A stretch of DNA of 32,000 nucleotides from Telmatocola sphagniphila (GTDB taxonomy: Bacteria > Planctomycetota > Planctomycetia > Gemmatales > Gemmataceae): NCBI RefSeq assembly GCF_018398935.1, contig NZ_CP074694.1, positions 6,510,001 to 6,542,000 of the forward strand. Direction: 5' to 3'. Of this stretch, positions 1 through 9,600 are shown piece by piece. A model generated the notes under the pieces. It did no database searches. It was not told the origin of the DNA and saw nothing but the letters and a program-made list of their open reading frames with translations. The position numbers and the translations under genes were made by a program. Every line of letters starts with the position of its first letter. The first letter of the stretch is position 1.

Positions 1-6
1 GACGAA

Positions 7-3000
7 ATGCCTTCGACGCAAAAACACGATATTCTCTTTGGCGATCAGGATGGCGAATCGGGAATTCTGCTCACGAATAATAAGAACGAGAATGCGGACG
101 TCGGTGTGCTGCCCCCGGATACCGAATCTCCTTCCGGGGCCGTGCGGTCCTCGATTCTGGATATCCTCCTTAGCAATCCCAACGCCTTGGATGAATCGGC
201 TTCCTCCTCGAACGTCTTCGGGGCGAACGGCGTACAGATTCCGGATCAGGAAGATTTTGGCTCCATTCAGAATCTGACGGAAACTGCCAAGATCCGATCC
301 ACTCCCGAGTTCTTCCTTCCGGAAGCAGCCGCGATGGCTCATAACGGGCCGAGTAAATCCTCCGCGGAAATTTCGCCGACCAGTACTCCGAAAACGTTCA
401 AGAATGAATCCAGCGGCGAATTGCGCGGCCTCGAAGCCGTCGGCGATTTTGAAGGCGATGGCGCGGTAGATATTTATGCCGATCAGCCCCTGGAGAGCGA
501 ACTGACGGCCTCGGGTACGTTCAAGGTCTCCGATGCCGATCTGGAACTCGCTCGTCTTCGACAGAAGATCATCGAATCTTCCGCAGTCGATTTGAGCTCC
601 AACCCCTCGTTTAATTCCTTCAAAATCGATGCAAAGAAAAAGGTCCCGACGCCTCCGCCCGATTCCGGCACGGTGGCACCTTTCCCCGAAAAGAGCCATG
701 CCTACGCGGAGCCGGTTGCCCACTTCCACGTCGGGTCCGATCCCGATGGGCATTTGAGCTCGGAAATGGACGTGGATAACTCCATGATCCGCCGACTGGA
801 AGAGATGGCTTCCCACGAGGAGTTCATTCTCGGTGCGCCGAACATTTCGGAACAGGAACTCAAAGAACTCAATCAGGCCAACGCGGATAAGTTATCTGCA
901 ACCGACGGGCTGAAGACGCCGAATCAGCACTCCACCAGCACGAATCTGGGATCGGCGGTACTTTCCCAGCATCCCAGTAATCCCAGCAATGGCCCGGTTT
1001 CCCTGCAGCCCGAACGGGCGAAGAGCCCCTACCGTGGTAAGGATGCCGCCGATTTCGAACAGACCGGTTTAAACAAACGCGGAAGATCAGGCAAGCTTTT
1101 CGCGGGTGTTCTCGGAGCAGTCCTGGGCGCGGGGGGAGTTTTCGGTGCCGGTTACTTCGGCGGCTTCCTGCCGAGTTCCGACAGTAACGCCCGGAATTCC
1201 GCCGATCTTGCGAAACTGGCTGCGACCAACGAGGATCTGGAAAATAATCGTAAAGAGCTCTTGAACCAGACGAAGAACTTGAAAGAAGTTCTGACCCGGT
1301 TGAATGTGAACGAAACCTCGGAAGCGTTAGCCTCCATCGATTCGTTGATCCGGGCTCGCGATACCGCCGTCAAAGCCAAAGACGAAGTCAGCGGCGAGCG
1401 GGATGCTTTGAAAACGAAGATCCAAGAGTCGGAAGGCCGGCTGGCCGAGGTCATGAAGCAGGTCGATCTCCGTAAGACCGAACTGGATAAAGCCAATGCT
1501 ACTCTGCTCGAATTGAAGACCGCGGCTGATAAATCGAGTGCCGAATTGAAATCGGCTCGCGAGGAAGCGGCTACGCTGAAAGCCGAAGTCGCGAAAATGC
1601 CGGCCGCCAGCAAAGCATTGAACGACAAGCTGGATATTGCTCAGGCCAAAGTGAAAGAGCTCGAGACTTCCAAGTCGACTTTCGATCAGAAATTGAGCGA
1701 GCTGAGCAAGGAACGCGATACCCTGGCGGCCTCGCAGAAACAATCGAGCCAACTGATCAAGAAAATCGAACAGCAGTTGGTTAAGCTCGATGCCGTGAAG
1801 CCGGGCAGCGATGCGACGGCACTGCTTTCGGGAATCGAAAAGATCGGCCGAAACGGATCCAACGTCTCCGAAGGGATGAAGGCCGCCGATAAGAAGATCG
1901 ACGAACTGAGCAAGCAACTTTCGATCGAACAGAATAAGTTGGTGGCTCTGGAAAAGAAAGCGGTTGAGGCCGAGAAACGCGTTCTCGACTCGGAAAAGAA
2001 AGCTCAGGAAACCCAGAAGAAGCTGGATGAAGCTCTCCTGGCCAGCTCCTCCAACGGCAACTCGCTGGACGTCTGGTTCGCCGTGCTGAAAGACCCCTCG
2101 AACAAGGCGGAAGCGGCCTCGGCCCTGGCCGAAGTCACCAAGGTTCTTGCCGATCCCAAGGCCTCCGATGAGCTGAAAGCCAAAGCCACGGCGGTCCGGG
2201 CTCTGGCTTTGCGAAACAAAGGGGAGACTGCCGCGGCCCGAGCGGCCTTCGCGGAAGCTCAGAAACTTCCCGGTTTCAAGGCCGATCAGACTTGGGTGAA
2301 CGATGTGGCCTCTCACCTGGCTACGATAAGCGATCCGGTCGCCGCCCTGAAAGCGATCAAGCTAAATCAGGATTCCGCGACGCTGGTTCAGAAGTTCGAC
2401 GAAGCCATTAAGAATTTTGCAGCCGAGCAGACTCCGCAAGTGGGTGTTCTCTTCGCCCGACGCGGTCTGGCTAAGCTGGATCTGAACGATACCAACGCCG
2501 CCGAGCAGGACGCCAACACTGCCATTAAATATGGGGCGAAAGCGGAAGGCCATTTCGCACTGGCACGCGTGATGGAACGGCTGGGCAAGTGGACCGAGGC
2601 CGAAAAGAATTACAATGCGGTGCTGGCCGTGCCGAAAGTGGACGCCGGTTTGCAGCAGAAAGCGATGCTGGGCCTGGGGCGGGTGCTGAATCACCTTTCC
2701 TCGGTTCCCTCCGCGGATGCCAACGAAAAAAAGTTGGAAATCCGGTCGTCGGGTCAACCGACTAGCCGGAATTTTCAATCGCCGGAAGTTTTGATGATGC
2801 TGATGTTGAACCTGATGGAAATGCCCGGCTTCGAAGAACCGGAACCGGTAAGTGCCTCCACCGACCGCTTGCGGGAATCGATCCGTCTGGCCGATAAGCT
2901 TATCGGCGAAGGCGAATATCTCGGGCACATCGTCAAAGCCGATGCCCTGGCTCGATTGAAAAAATACCCGGAAGCCTTAAAGGAATATTCGGTTGGCATC

Positions 3001-3402
3001 GATCGTCTGAAAGTTCTCCCCAAAGAATACGACGGCGTTCTGGATCGTATTCTGGTGGGATTGCCGGCTCTTCAAAAAGTTGAAGTATCGACGGCATTGG
3101 GCGGTAATGTGCGAAGCGGTGAGAATCTCTTTGGAGATGGGGTTTCTCACTTTTTTGCCAGTCGCTACGGTCAGGCTGAAGAGAGCCTGCTGAAAGCTTC
3201 CAAGGAAATCGACGACGCCCGGATCTACTACTATCTGGGGTTCTCGCGCTGGATGCAGGGTAAGACGGACTTGGCCGTCGAGGCCTTTCGTAAAGGTGGC
3301 TTGCTCGAAAAAAAAGGGAATCCGAACTCTCGAATGGTGAATAACAGTCTCGAGCGGATTCAAGGCGAACTGCGACAGACCCTAGGTCAGTACCGCCCGT
3401 AA
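7..3402 (+). CDS. Large single-pass membrane protein (hypothetical) with an acidic Ser/Pro-rich disordered N-terminus, one TM helix, a ~300-aa coiled coil and C-terminal TPR-like repeats
   Basis: Uninterrupted 3.4-kb ORF. A Gly/Ala-rich hydrophobic segment LFAGVLGAVLGAGGVFGAGYFGGFL (nt 1096-1170, aa 364-388) follows the basic KRGRSGK. A K/E/L/A-rich heptad-like stretch spans roughly aa 395-690. TPR-like helices (e.g. GHFALARVMERLGKWTEAEKNYNAVLAV, ARIYYYLGFSRWMQGKTDLAVEAFRKG) run to the C-terminus. There is no in-frame stop between nt 1 and the ATG at 7, so the true start could lie upstream of the window. Confidence 0.75.
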   Translation: MPSTQKHDILFGDQDGESGILLTNNKNENADVGVLPPDTESPSGAVRSSILDILLSNPNALDESASSSNVFGANGVQIPDQEDFGSIQNLTETAKIRSTPEFFLPEAAAMAHNGPSKSSAEISPTSTPKTFKNESSGELRGLEAVGDFEGDGAVDIYADQPLESELTASGTFKVSDADLELARLRQKIIESSAVDLSSNPSFNSFKIDAKKKVPTPPPDSGTVAPFPEKSHAYAEPVAHFHVGSDPDGHLSSEMDVDNSMIRRLEEMASHEEFILGAPNISEQELKELNQANADKLSATDGLKTPNQHSTSTNLGSAVLSQHPSNPSNGPVSLQPERAKSPYRGKDAADFEQTGLNKRGRSGKLFAGVLGAVLGAGGVFGAGYFGGFLPSSDSNARNSADLAKLAATNEDLENNRKELLNQTKNLKEVLTRLNVNETSEALASIDSLIRARDTAVKAKDEVSGERDALKTKIQESEGRLAEVMKQVDLRKTELDKANATLLELKTAADKSSAELKSAREEAATLKAEVAKMPAASKALNDKLDIAQAKVKELETSKSTFDQKLSELSKERDTLAASQKQSSQLIKKIEQQLVKLDAVKPGSDATALLSGIEKIGRNGSNVSEGMKAADKKIDELSKQLSIEQNKLVALEKKAVEAEKRVLDSEKKAQETQKKLDEALLASSSNGNSLDVWFAVLKDPSNKAEAASALAEVTKVLADPKASDELKAKATAVRALALRNKGETAAARAAFAEAQKLPGFKADQTWVNDVASHLATISDPVAALKAIKLNQDSATLVQKFDEAIKNFAAEQTPQVGVLFARRGLAKLDLNDTNAAEQDANTAIKYGAKAEGHFALARVMERLGKWTEAEKNYNAVLAVPKVDAGLQQKAMLGLGRVLNHLSSVPSADANEKKLEIRSSGQPTSRNFQSPEVLMMLMLNLMEMPGFEEPEPVSASTDRLRESIRLADKLIGEGEYLGHIVKADALARLKKYPEALKEYSVGIDRLKVLPKEYDGVLDRILVGLPALQKVEVSTALGGNVRSGENLFGDGVSHFFASRYGQAEESLLKASKEIDDARIYYYLGFSRWMQGKTDLAVEAFRKGGLLEKKGNPNSRMVNNSLERIQGELRQTLGQYRP

Positions 3403-3422
3403 TCTGAGATCCGCAATTACGG
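3397..3422. terminator. Inverted repeat spanning both stop codons of the convergent genes (possible weak bidirectional terminator)
   Basis: CCGTAAT (3397-3403) pairs with ATTACGG (3416-3422), giving a 7-bp stem and a 12-nt loop. The TAA of the + gene lies in the left arm and the TAA of the - gene lies in the right arm. The stem is AT-rich and no U-tract flanks it. Confidence 0.3.
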
Positions 3423-4925
3423 ATCGATATCGTTGAGCTTTTTCGGAGAGGGCGTGCCCACCCGGGTGCCTCCTCCACTTCCACCGGAATAACCCTTCAC
3501 TTTTTCCACGCTCGGTTTTTGCAGGTCGACCAGCACCGGCTGCTCTTTTTTGTAGACGCCGATATTCCCCGATCTATCTCGGGCCGTCACGCGAAGAAAG
3601 ACTTTCCAAATTTTGGGAGGAACGTTCCAGCTATAGTTGCCGCTGCCGGATTGTTGCTCAACTATGGGTGACCATTCCTGGCCGATACCCGTTTCGGAAT
3701 ATTCCACTTTGAGACTTTCGGGTTGAAGCCCCGAGAGAGAATCCTCCGCCAACCACGAAAGATCCATGATCGCCTGGCCATCGCCAGCCGGTCGGATCTT
3801 CGGCGGATTTAAAGTGACCTTGGGAGGAGTCATGTCGACCATCACTTCGACATTTGGTTGCGATAGTCGATTCGGCTCGTCGTCGCTCCACTTCTCTACG
3901 TTGTTCTGGATGCGAATGAAGAAACCGTAGATGCCTTCGGTTTCCGCGGAAAAGAGACAAGTCAGAGTTCCTTCGGTTTTCCCTTCAGAGCTCTGGCCAC
4001 TGACATCCGCAAAGCTGGCGTTTTTGACCAATATCCAGCTCGTTTGTGCGGGCTTGCGAACGTAGAGTTCCGCTTTCTTGTAACCCGAGGCACCGACTTT
4101 GAAGTCGTGTTCGAGGGTGATTTCCTTGTTGTTGACGTAGATCAAATTCGAGGAGCGGGCACTGGTGCTGCTGCCAATATTGGTTTCGCGCAGGCCCCCG
4201 GTATCGAAAGGTCTTAAGGGCGGCAGGTCGGTCACTTTATTCGTATCGGGTAACCGATCTATCCCGCGGGTATCGGACATGCCGCGATCGAAATTGCCGC
4301 CCGCGCTCGGCGGTGTCGTCACCGGATCGGAGACCGCTTCGTTACCGGCCAAATCGCGAGCCCGGACCCGAACTTCCATGGCGTTGCCGCGCCCCGCCAG
4401 ATTCCAGGACTGCTGATCCTTGGGCCGAAACTCTTTGTCTTTATCGATCGAGCGCCATTCTCGCGTACCGGGCCAGCGATATTCCAGGCGGATCGATTTC
4501 GGATCGATATTCTCATCAGTCGCTTCCCATTCGACTCCGGCAATCTTATCGGCACCGGCATAAGGCCGGAGAGTGATCTGCGGGGCAATCGTATCAATTA
4601 CAGTTCGACGACTGGGTCGTAGATCTTCGGTTCGCTCCGGCTTACTGCGGCCATTCACGTAGACGGTTCGCACACCGAAATCGTAAGTGCCGTCTCGATC
4701 GGTAGTGAAGTGGAAGCGTTTCTGATTGGGATGAGCCCGGCCTACTAATACCCAGTTGCCGCCGTTGAGTGAAGCGTAAAGCTGCACTTCCTGAATCTGT
4801 TCCCGATCGTCGGCAAAGAAAGGAATGTTCACTTCACGTTTGTTGAAGTAGCGGGAATTGTCCTGAGCGAACGCGGTACTCGCGAACACTAATAGCAGGA
4901 GCGCGAGCGGCAAACGAACTGACAC
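3417..4925 (-). CDS. Secreted protein with four Ig-like/beta-sandwich modules arranged (A-B)x2 (hypothetical)
   Basis: Start trimmed from 5060 to the in-frame GTG at 4925. That GTG is preceded by AGGAGG 6 nt upstream and gives the signal peptide M-SVRLPLALLLLVFASTAFA/QD. Module junctions are IDTIAPQITL, VDMTPPKVTL and VDLQKPSVEKV. Paired B modules are VEWEATDENIDPKSIRLEYRWPGTREWRSI...EVRVRARDLAGNEA and LSWLAEDSLSGLQPESLKVEYSETGIGQEWSPI...LRVTARDRSGNIG. Confidence 0.75.
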   Translation of the reverse strand: MSVRLPLALLLLVFASTAFAQDNSRYFNKREVNIPFFADDREQIQEVQLYASLNGGNWVLVGRAHPNQKRFHFTTDRDGTYDFGVRTVYVNGRSKPERTEDLRPSRRTVIDTIAPQITLRPYAGADKIAGVEWEATDENIDPKSIRLEYRWPGTREWRSIDKDKEFRPKDQQSWNLAGRGNAMEVRVRARDLAGNEAVSDPVTTPPSAGGNFDRGMSDTRGIDRLPDTNKVTDLPPLRPFDTGGLRETNIGSSTSARSSNLIYVNNKEITLEHDFKVGASGYKKAELYVRKPAQTSWILVKNASFADVSGQSSEGKTEGTLTCLFSAETEGIYGFFIRIQNNVEKWSDDEPNRLSQPNVEVMVDMTPPKVTLNPPKIRPAGDGQAIMDLSWLAEDSLSGLQPESLKVEYSETGIGQEWSPIVEQQSGSGNYSWNVPPKIWKVFLRVTARDRSGNIGVYKKEQPVLVDLQKPSVEKVKGYSGGSGGGTRVGTPSPKKLNDIDP

Positions 4926-5121
4926 GGCACGCCTCCTGGTGAAATAGTACCCATCCTGGGAACAGTCCTTGGCAATTATCGGCAGCTTCAATCGAGTAGG
5001 ATGAGGGAATTTGGGAAGCGTTTGCCAACCTGGGAAATCTGGGCAATTTGGCATTGTCAAGCTGCGGAAAGCTTCGGGATTCTGCCAATTAGTCCAACCA
5101 ATTTTAGATGAGCAATCTGCT

Positions 5122-5174
5122 CCGGGGCGGTGTTAATTTCCGTGAAGTTGCCCCGGCTGAGGCGTCTTTTTTTT
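5122..5174 (+). other. Orphan GC-rich hairpin followed by a T8 run in a divergent intergenic region
   Basis: CCGGGGC (5122-5128) pairs with GCCCCGG (5150-5156), a 7 G:C/C:G bp stem with a ~21-nt loop. The T8 run at 5167-5174 follows after a 10-nt spacer. No + strand gene ends upstream of it. Confidence 0.3.
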
Positions 5175-5351
5175 CAGAGACAGGCCAAAATCTGACTCGC
5201 GCTCTTAAGATTGTCTGAGTGCCAGCGATTAACTAGTTGAATCGGATAGTAGTTACTGAGACTCCATGCTTCGCGCTGGTACAAAGACTCTCCCTTCTGA
5301 TTCCTGGAAGCTCGAAGAACGGCTCTGCTCAATTTGAGGCCGACAGTATTT

Positions 5352-6641
5352 ATGTTGAAATTCGTGAAACGACTCTTTGCAACTCTCCTGGTGCTCAGCC
5401 TTTGCGCCGGGGGAATCTACTTTTTTGCCAATGGCGGCAGCCTAAAAAAATCGGATAAGGAGGAACTGCCCCCGGCGGATACCTCCATCGCTCCCAGCGG
5501 TGTGGTCCTGGTGACCACGGCCCCCGTCTCGCTCCGTCAAGTGCAGCGAACCGTCGAATCAGTCGGTACTCTGCACGGCTACGAGGAAGTGACCATCGCT
5601 TCCAAGGTGGAAGGTCGCGTGCTGAAGATTCATCACGAAATGGCGGATCGGGTGAAACCGTCCGAGGTTCTGCTGGAGATCGATCCAACCGATGCGGAGC
5701 TGAACGCCAAACAGGCGGAGCGCGCCTTGCAAGTTGAACTGGCTCGACTGGGCCTCAAAGATCTGCCCGACAGCAGCTACGACGAAAGGAAACTGCCTGC
5801 CGTGCAGCAAGCTTCGATTCGCATCGAAAACAGTAAAGCGAAACTGGAGCGGGCGACGAAAACCGGGCTGGCCGTGTCCAGTGAAGAAATCAACGAACGG
5901 CGAACCGAACTTCGGCTGGCCCAGGTCGAATACGAGAATCAACTTCTCCTGGCCCGGGCCGGACTGGCCACAGTGCAACTGAAAGCCGAATCGCTGGCGG
6001 TCGCCCGTCAGATGCTCAAGGACACCACTCTTCGCGTACCCACACCGACGCAACCGATTCCCGGGGCGTCTTCCGTGGGCGGCGACTACGCCATCAGTCA
6101 GCGTCTGGTTTCCGAAGGCAGTTTTGTGCGGATAGGTACCGATGTCTTCAAATTGGTCATCGATCAGGCCTTGAAACTCCGCGTTCAAGTGCCGGAACGT
6201 TACAGTAGTGTGCTGGATGTGGGACAGACCGTGAATGTGCTCTCGGCGGCGTATCCCAAGGCCTTCATAGGATTGATCAAACGCATCAGCCCGGCCGTGG
6301 ATCAGACCACTCGTACTTTCGAAGTCGAGGTTTACGTGCCCAATTCAGATCGCCAGCTGAAACCGGGGGGCTTTGCCAAGGCCTCCATTCTCACCAAGAT
6401 CGATCATGGGGCGGTCACCGTTCCGTTGGAAGCGATTGTTTCGTTTGCCGGCATCAACAAGATCTTTCTGATGAAGGACGGTAAAGCCAGGGAAGTGCAG
6501 GTGACCCTGGGCGTGCAGACGACCGACTGGGTGGAAATCATCAAACCGGAAATCCCGGCGGGAAGCATCGTTATTACCAGCGGCCAGTCGGCCCTGGCTC
6601 AGGATTCGGTGGTTCAGGTCCGCCCGGGAGCCACGAAATGA
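5352..6641 (+). CDS. Efflux RND transporter periplasmic adaptor subunit (MFP/HlyD family)
   Basis: N-terminal anchor MLKFVKRLFATLLVLSLCAGGIYFF. Lipoyl-like half-motifs VTIASKVEGRVLKIHHEMADRVKPSEVLLEIDP, an alpha-hairpin (AELNAKQAERALQVELARL ... RTELRLAQVEYENQLLLARAGL) and a beta-barrel (GQTVNVLSAAYPKAFIGLIKRISPAVDQTTRTFEVEVYVPN, LKPGGFAKASI). I prefer the ATG at 5352 over the track's TTG at 5334. The stop overlaps the next start (ATGA at 6638-6641). Confidence 0.9.
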   Translation: MLKFVKRLFATLLVLSLCAGGIYFFANGGSLKKSDKEELPPADTSIAPSGVVLVTTAPVSLRQVQRTVESVGTLHGYEEVTIASKVEGRVLKIHHEMADRVKPSEVLLEIDPTDAELNAKQAERALQVELARLGLKDLPDSSYDERKLPAVQQASIRIENSKAKLERATKTGLAVSSEEINERRTELRLAQVEYENQLLLARAGLATVQLKAESLAVARQMLKDTTLRVPTPTQPIPGASSVGGDYAISQRLVSEGSFVRIGTDVFKLVIDQALKLRVQVPERYSSVLDVGQTVNVLSAAYPKAFIGLIKRISPAVDQTTRTFEVEVYVPNSDRQLKPGGFAKASILTKIDHGAVTVPLEAIVSFAGINKIFLMKDGKAREVQVTLGVQTTDWVEIIKPEIPAGSIVITSGQSALAQDSVVQVRPGATK

Positions 6642-9600
6642 CGATATCCGATCTTTGCATCAAACGCCCGGTCTTTACCTGGGTGCTGGTCACTATCCCC
6701 GTGGTGTTGGGCATCGTCTCCTACTCCAAACTCGGGGTCGATCTCTTTCCGAAATTCGATTTTCCGGCAGTCGGCATCATCTGCAATCTGCCCGGCAGCA
6801 GTGCCGAGGAGATGGAAAGCACAGTCACCAAGCCGGTGGAGGAAGTTCTCAATGCCATCTCCGGAGTGAAGGAGATGGTCTCGGTCACCAAGGAAGGGCT
6901 GAGTCAGGTCACCGTACTTTTCGTATTGGAAAAGGATTCGAACATCGCCGCGCAGGAAGTGCGCGAAAAAATTGCCTCGTTGACCAACGGTTTCCCGAAG
7001 GGGATGGATCCGCCACTAATTCAGAAATTTGAAATTGATGCGGCCCCGATCATCACACTCGCGGTATCGGGCCGACGCGATGTCCGCGAAGTGACTGAAA
7101 TTGCTAAACATCGAGTTCAGGAGCAACTGCAAACCATTTCGGGTGTGGGAGCCGTGTTTTTATCGGGGGGTAAGAGCCGGGCGATTAACGTGATCGTGAA
7201 TCCCGATTCGCTGGTCTCTTATGGCCTGTCCATTGAGGATGTCCGACAGGCACTCCTGACTCAGAACGTCGAAGTCCCCGGAGGCATCGTGCAGCAGGGG
7301 CCGCGCGAACTGATTCTGCGCACTCTGGGGCGCGTGGCGAAGGCCGAGCAGTTCAATGATGTGATCGTCACTTACCGAAAAGGATTTCCGATCCGCATTC
7401 GCGACATTGGCCGGGCGGAAGATACCTTTGAGGAGCAACGCGGATTAGCTCGCATGGACGGCCAGAACGCCGTTGCTCTTTACATTCAGAAGCAATCGGG
7501 AACCAATACCATTGCCATTTCCGATGCGGTGGCCGAGCGGCTCGAGGAGATCCGCAAGACGTTGCCGCCCGATATAAAAATCGAAAACATACAGGATCAG
7601 TCGCGTTTCGTTCGCAATTCCATGTCGGAGGTGAAGAAGCACCTATTGCTGGCCGGTTTGCTGGTTTCGCTGACGATTTTGCTGTTCATCCACGACTGGC
7701 GAACCACTCTTATCGCGACTCTGGCCATTCCCACCTCAATCGTGCCGACTTTTCTTTTCATGTATGTGATGGGCTTCACGCTGAACAACATCACGATGCT
7801 GGGTTTGATTCTGGCCATCGGGATTGTGATTGATGATGCCGTGGTCGTCCACGAGAACATCTTCCGCTTCATGGAAGAAAAAGGGATGGGCGCCATGGAA
7901 GCGGCCCGCGAAGGAACGCGGGAAATCTCGCTGGCCGTGCTGGCGACCAGTCTATCGCTTTTGGTGATCTTCCTGCCCATTGCTTTCATGGGGGGTATTG
8001 TCGGCCGCTTCTTCAGTAGCTTCGGGCTGACCGTGGCCTTCGCCATCGTCATGAGCTTGTTCGTCTCGTTCACGCTGACCCCGATGCTCTGCTCGCGGTT
8101 TTTAAAGCTCAGCCATTCGAATCAATCCACTGCGCATTCGAAATCGGGTTGGGTCTGGCGTTTGATCGAAGCCGTCACGGGGAGGTCCCTTGCCTGGTCA
8201 CTCCGTCACCGCTGGATCATGGTGATCATTAGCATCCTGGTCTTTTTCAGCACGATTCCGATTGCCTCCGGTATGGGCTTCAACCTGGTGCCGCGCGATG
8301 ATACCAGTGAATTTCAGGTCTCCTTCGTCACGCCAGTCGGCTACTCGCTGGACCGCGTCGATCAGGTCGTCACGGAGATTGAAAATCGCTTGATTCAACT
8401 GCCGGGGGTAGTGCATCGCTTCACTTCCATTGGCCGCAATAGCGACGGCGGCGGCAAAGGGCAGGGGGATGTGACGCGCGGTTCGATCTATTTCCGAATG
8501 AAGGAGTTGAGCGAACGCAATTATAGCCAGTTCGATGTGCAGGAGCGGGCGCGGAAGATTCTGAAAGAATATCCCGATCTGCGCTGTTCGGTTTCGGATG
8601 TGTCGGCCTTCGAAGGCAACGGCCAGGACACCCGGACTTTTCAAGTAGTGTTGCTCGGACCTGAGTTGACGAAGCTCGAAAAATATTCCGAAGAACTGGT
8701 GCTAAAGCTACGAAAGATTCCCGGCTTGAGTGACGTCGATACCACGATGCTCAACCGCAAGGACGAAGTGCAAGTGGCGATCGATAACGACCGGGCGAGC
8801 GATCTGGGAATTCCGGTTCAGACAATCGCGAATACGTTGAATGTGCTGATCGGCGGACAGATTATCAGCCGGTATAAGGAAGGCATTGAACAGTATGATG
8901 TCTGGCTGAGAGCCGACAAGGATTTCCGGGCCAATCCGCAGACTATCGGGGCGTTGACCATCCCTTCGCCCAATGCCGGTCCCGTGCAGTTGTCGAATTT
9001 GGCAAGAACAATCGAGGATCGCGGGCCGAGCCAGATCGACCGCTATAACCGCCAGCGATCGGTGACGATTCTCGCCAATCCCGAAGGCATTCCGTTGAAT
9101 GAAGCGGTGACGCGAGCTCGGAAAATCCTGGATGAGATGGAAATACCACCTGAGTACAAAATCGACTTCAAGGGACAGGCCGAAACGCTCGGGGAGACGG
9201 GCTACTACTTCATTGTCGCGTTTGTGCTCAGCATTCTGTTCATGTATCTGATTCTGGCGGCCCAGTTTGAAAGTTGGTTCCAGCCCTTGAGTATCCTGGC
9301 ACCGTTACCTGTCACGATTCCGTTCGGCCTGATTTCGCTGGTTCTGTTCCGATCTTCGATGGATCTTTACGCGATGTTCGGGCTTTTCATGCTGATCGGC
9401 ATCGTGAAGAAAAACGGCATTTTGCAGATCGATAAAACCAATCAGTTACGCGAGGCGGGAGTTGAACGGGACGAAGCGTTGCGCGAGGCCAATCACACGC
9501 GGTTGCGACCGATTCTGATGACGACCATGATGCTGATGGCGGCCATGGTGCCGATTGCGTTGGGGCAAGGGCCAGGCGCCGGCGAACGGGCCAGTATGGC

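Noticed and set aside
4926-5060. N-terminal extensions in the ORF track: 4926-5060, 5334-5351, 11421-11525, 16447-16476, 27038-27100, 29289-29354 and 30843-30893.
   Set aside because: The internal starts give proper signal peptides or conserved N-terminal motifs and, at 4925 and 16477, a Shine-Dalgarno sequence. One extension (11421-11525) would overlap the upstream gene by 41 nt. Several extensions begin at TTG/GTG with no supporting context.
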